Part shown: one piece after another, positions 60,596 through 64,000 of the stretch
Layout of the letters: each line of letters opens with the position of its first letter
Position numbering within the stretch: position 1 is the stretch's first letter
NCBI GenBank assembly: GCA_002269645.1
Contig: NIVC01000881.1
Location: forward strand, 62,001-126,000
Reading direction: 5' to 3'
DNA: 64,000 nucleotides
Source of the DNA: Macrostomum lignano
Taxonomy: Eukaryota
The notes under the pieces: model-generated
The model's input: the letters and a program-made list of their open reading frames with translations, nothing else
What the model was told of the DNA's origin: nothing
Databases searched by the model: none
Made by a program: the position numbers and the translations under genes

Positions 60596-62098
60596 CTACG
60601 ACTGCACCGAATGCAGCATCGGTGTGGAGCTGCTGCACGCGTAGATAGGCGACGGCGGTCGCTGCTGGGCGGCCTCTTCAGCTCCGGCGGCCGACGCCAG
60701 GCGCAGCGGACCGGCCGCTGTCAGGGACGCCGCTCTTTGGCCGCGACGAACGAACGAAGAATCAGCTTTGAGCATCTGCCCGTGACGCGCCTGACGTTCC
60801 CGACGGCGTCGGCTGCCACCGAACGTGTGCAATGGTCGGTTGTTGTTGAGGCGATTCGTTGACGTCGTCAGGGTGGCCGCAGCAGCGGCTGCGACTAGCG
60901 GAACGCCGGCCGCCGCAGCGGCAGCCTGGCGACTCCTGCGCTGGCAACCCAGCAGGCGGATGAAGGCGCGTCGAAAGTCGCGCATCGAGTGGGCGTAGAT
61001 CGCCGGGTTGATGCAGCTGTTAGCGTAGCCCAGCCAGGTGGCCACCTGGCCAAAGGCTCGGCCGCCTCTGCCCAGGGCCTCTGGGGCCACCGCGACAGCC
61101 ACGTTACAGACGAAGAACGGCAGCCAGCAGGCGATGAAGACGCCCATCACGACGCCGAGCGTTTTGGCGGCCCGCTGCTCGCGAGAGAATCTGGCCAGCT
61201 TCCTGCGCAGTCCCAGGCTGCTGTGCTGCTCCTTGGCCGCCGCTGCCGCTGCCGTAGCCGCCTCGGTCGGGGTCAACTCCCTGCGGCCGCGGTGGATGCG
61301 CAGGACGATGGCGGAGGAGCGCCTGCCGCCGTTGGCGCCGTCCCCACCTCCACCGTTGGCGCCAGGGCAGCCGCTTTTCAGGACGACCTTCGCTCCGGTG
61401 TGCCAGCCGCGCACGAGCTGCGTAGCTGTGCGGTAGATCTTGCAGTAGACGAACACCATCACCAACAGGGGCGCATAGAAGGACACGACGCTGGAGCAGA
61501 TCAGGTAGACCGGGTCGCTGGTGAAGCGGCATTCGTAGGCCTCCCCTGGGGCTGTCGCCTCCGCAGTCGCCCGCCACCAGTAGATTGCCGGGAAACTGAT
61601 GAAGCTGGCCAGAATCCAGGCGGCCGAGACCAGCATCAGGCAGCGCCGGCGGGTCAGCCGGCTGGGATAGCTGATGGGATTCTCCACGGCCCAGTAGCGC
61701 TCCATGGCGATGATGCAGAGGTTGAGGATGCTGGCCGTAGTGCTCAGCACGTCGAACGCGTGCCAGAGGTCGCACCAGACCGGGCCGAAGAGCCACCGGT
61801 CGCTGGTTGCGTAGGAGACGGCCGAGAAGGGCACGACAACGAGGCCCATGAGCAGGTCGGCTGTCGCCAGCGACACGATGAAATAATTGGTGATAGTGCG
61901 CAGGTGATGGTCGCGCAGCACGGCCAGGATGACCAGCGAGTTGCCGGATATCGTCAGGCAGGCCAGCAGCGCCAGCAGGCTGGCAATCAGCGCCTGAGCT
62001 GGGCTGATCTGCAACCCGCTTAGCAGCTGCGCGTCTAAGTCGGTCCAATTCTGCGTCTGATTGTTGAAGCCTTTGATAAACCTGGCCTGCAGCGGCAT
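60596..62098 (-). CDS. Dop1R2: Invertebrate-type D1-like dopamine receptor (Dop1R2/INDR-like), intronless, 500 aa
   Basis: GNSLVILAV, TNYFIVSLATADL, TM3 Asp in WHAFDVLSTTASILNLC, ERYW, SFPAIYWWRA, TM5 SSVVS catechol serines, REQRAAKTLG, CWLPFF, WLGYANSCINPAIY. Confidence 0.85.
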   Translation of the reverse strand: MPLQARFIKGFNNQTQNWTDLDAQLLSGLQISPAQALIASLLALLACLTISGNSLVILAVLRDHHLRTITNYFIVSLATADLLMGLVVVPFSAVSYATSDRWLFGPVWCDLWHAFDVLSTTASILNLCIIAMERYWAVENPISYPSRLTRRRCLMLVSAAWILASFISFPAIYWWRATAEATAPGEAYECRFTSDPVYLICSSVVSFYAPLLVMVFVYCKIYRTATQLVRGWHTGAKVVLKSGCPGANGGGGDGANGGRRSSAIVLRIHRGRRELTPTEAATAAAAAAKEQHSSLGLRRKLARFSREQRAAKTLGVVMGVFIACWLPFFVCNVAVAVAPEALGRGGRAFGQVATWLGYANSCINPAIYAHSMRDFRRAFIRLLGCQRRSRQAAAAAAGVPLVAAAAAATLTTSTNRLNNNRPLHTFGGSRRRRERQARHGQMLKADSSFVRRGQRAASLTAAGPLRLASAAGAEEAAQQRPPSPIYACSSSTPMLHSVQS

Positions 62099-62574
62099 GG
62101 CGTCGATGAGCTGCAGTTGCTGTGTCAGTCAGGGAGAGCTGAGTGCAAACGGCAATTGGAAACCTGCCACAACAGCTCCAGCTAATAAATGCAATGAGAA
62201 GAGGCAGCGCCCAACTTGTCTGCACGAGGAGGGGGCGACTCTCAGCCAATCCGGTTTAAGCTGCCATGGATAAAGTCAGACATTGCTACACAGCCGCAAC
62301 AGACCGAATGGGTTTTGCCGATGTAATTGGAGCACTAATCAATGCTTCCATTATGCCGCATTAACCAGTGAGCTCTTGTTTTTTGCTCGCCGTAACTCTT
62401 GGAATGCTATTTATAGCTTGGCTACTTCAGCTTGCCATTCGCTACTTCAGTAGCCGTTGCAGTAACTATCGCAGGTGCCTTGAGAAACTCTTGAGCCTAC
62501 TCCATCTCGAGCTGCACTCTCTCTGACAGGGGTAACTTGGCTAAGTGCTTTAACTATACACTGTGGATATAGTG

Positions 62575-63568
<994 letters not shown>

Positions 63569-64000
63569 CTATACCGGTCAGTGGACACGCGCATAGTGAA
63601 GACGGTCGAGCCTGTTCTGGATTTACCTGAAAACTAAGCCACTTCCCTACGCTGGAAGACACGCAGGTGCAGTAACGGCAAATTCTGATTAGACTAATTT
63701 GCATATCGAATAAACATTCCGGCTAAATCATAAAGCAAATGCAGTATAAAATGCAGATTTGCACTACTGTGCAGCTCTTTACCTGAATATTTGTCATGTG
63801 TTAAGCCTTTCATATCTGGCTTTCACATAGTTGCATATTTGGCTTTTTGCAATACTGGATAATTTCCAAGTTCCGAGTCTGAATGGGAATTATTGTGAGG
63901 CCATGCATGTATTACAGACCCTTACTGTTAAGAGCTGAGGAAAGCAGCCTGAAAACCTGCTGCCATGTTGATGTCAATCATCTCAGCTCACACGGCTAGA

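Noticed and set aside
60989-62249. 344-aa and 381-aa ORFs overlapping the dopamine receptor
   Set aside because: Alternative-frame and antisense shadows of a GC-rich gene.

Overview
This is eukaryotic (animal) genomic DNA with GC-rich exons, AT-rich spacers, and introns largely filled by locus-specific tandem repeats. The style suggests an invertebrate such as a Macrostomum-type flatworm (inference, not verified). Protein genes reconstructed by hand from splice sites: cytoplasmic dynein intermediate chain (minus, 5 exons, 617 aa) head-to-head with a classical dynamin (plus, 12 exons plus a probable 24-nt micro-exon, about 843 aa); a divergent orphan class A GPCR (2 exons); an orphan intronless membrane-protein ORF; a cationic amino acid transporter (SLC7/CAT, 2 exons, 691 aa); an intronless, divergent RPL23; and an intronless Dop1R2/D1-like dopamine receptor. 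There are two identical tRNA-Phe(GAA) genes. Mobile DNA includes a complete but frameshifted Merlin transposon (35-bp TIRs, 8-bp TSD), a decayed intron-containing hAT-like transposase, two hAT-type MITEs (one carrying a nested mariner deletion derivative), a 9-bp-TSD Mutator-like MITE and tRNA-derived SINEs. About 30 unrelated mini/microsatellite arrays are present. The most notable observations are: arrays that bookend introns and sometimes begin with the splice donor itself; a CpG-deamination footprint on the Merlin element; a 60-bp direct repeat bracketing the orphan ORF; the divergent RPL23; and a 5'-to-3' GC3 gradient in dynamin. No CRISPR or prokaryotic system is present.
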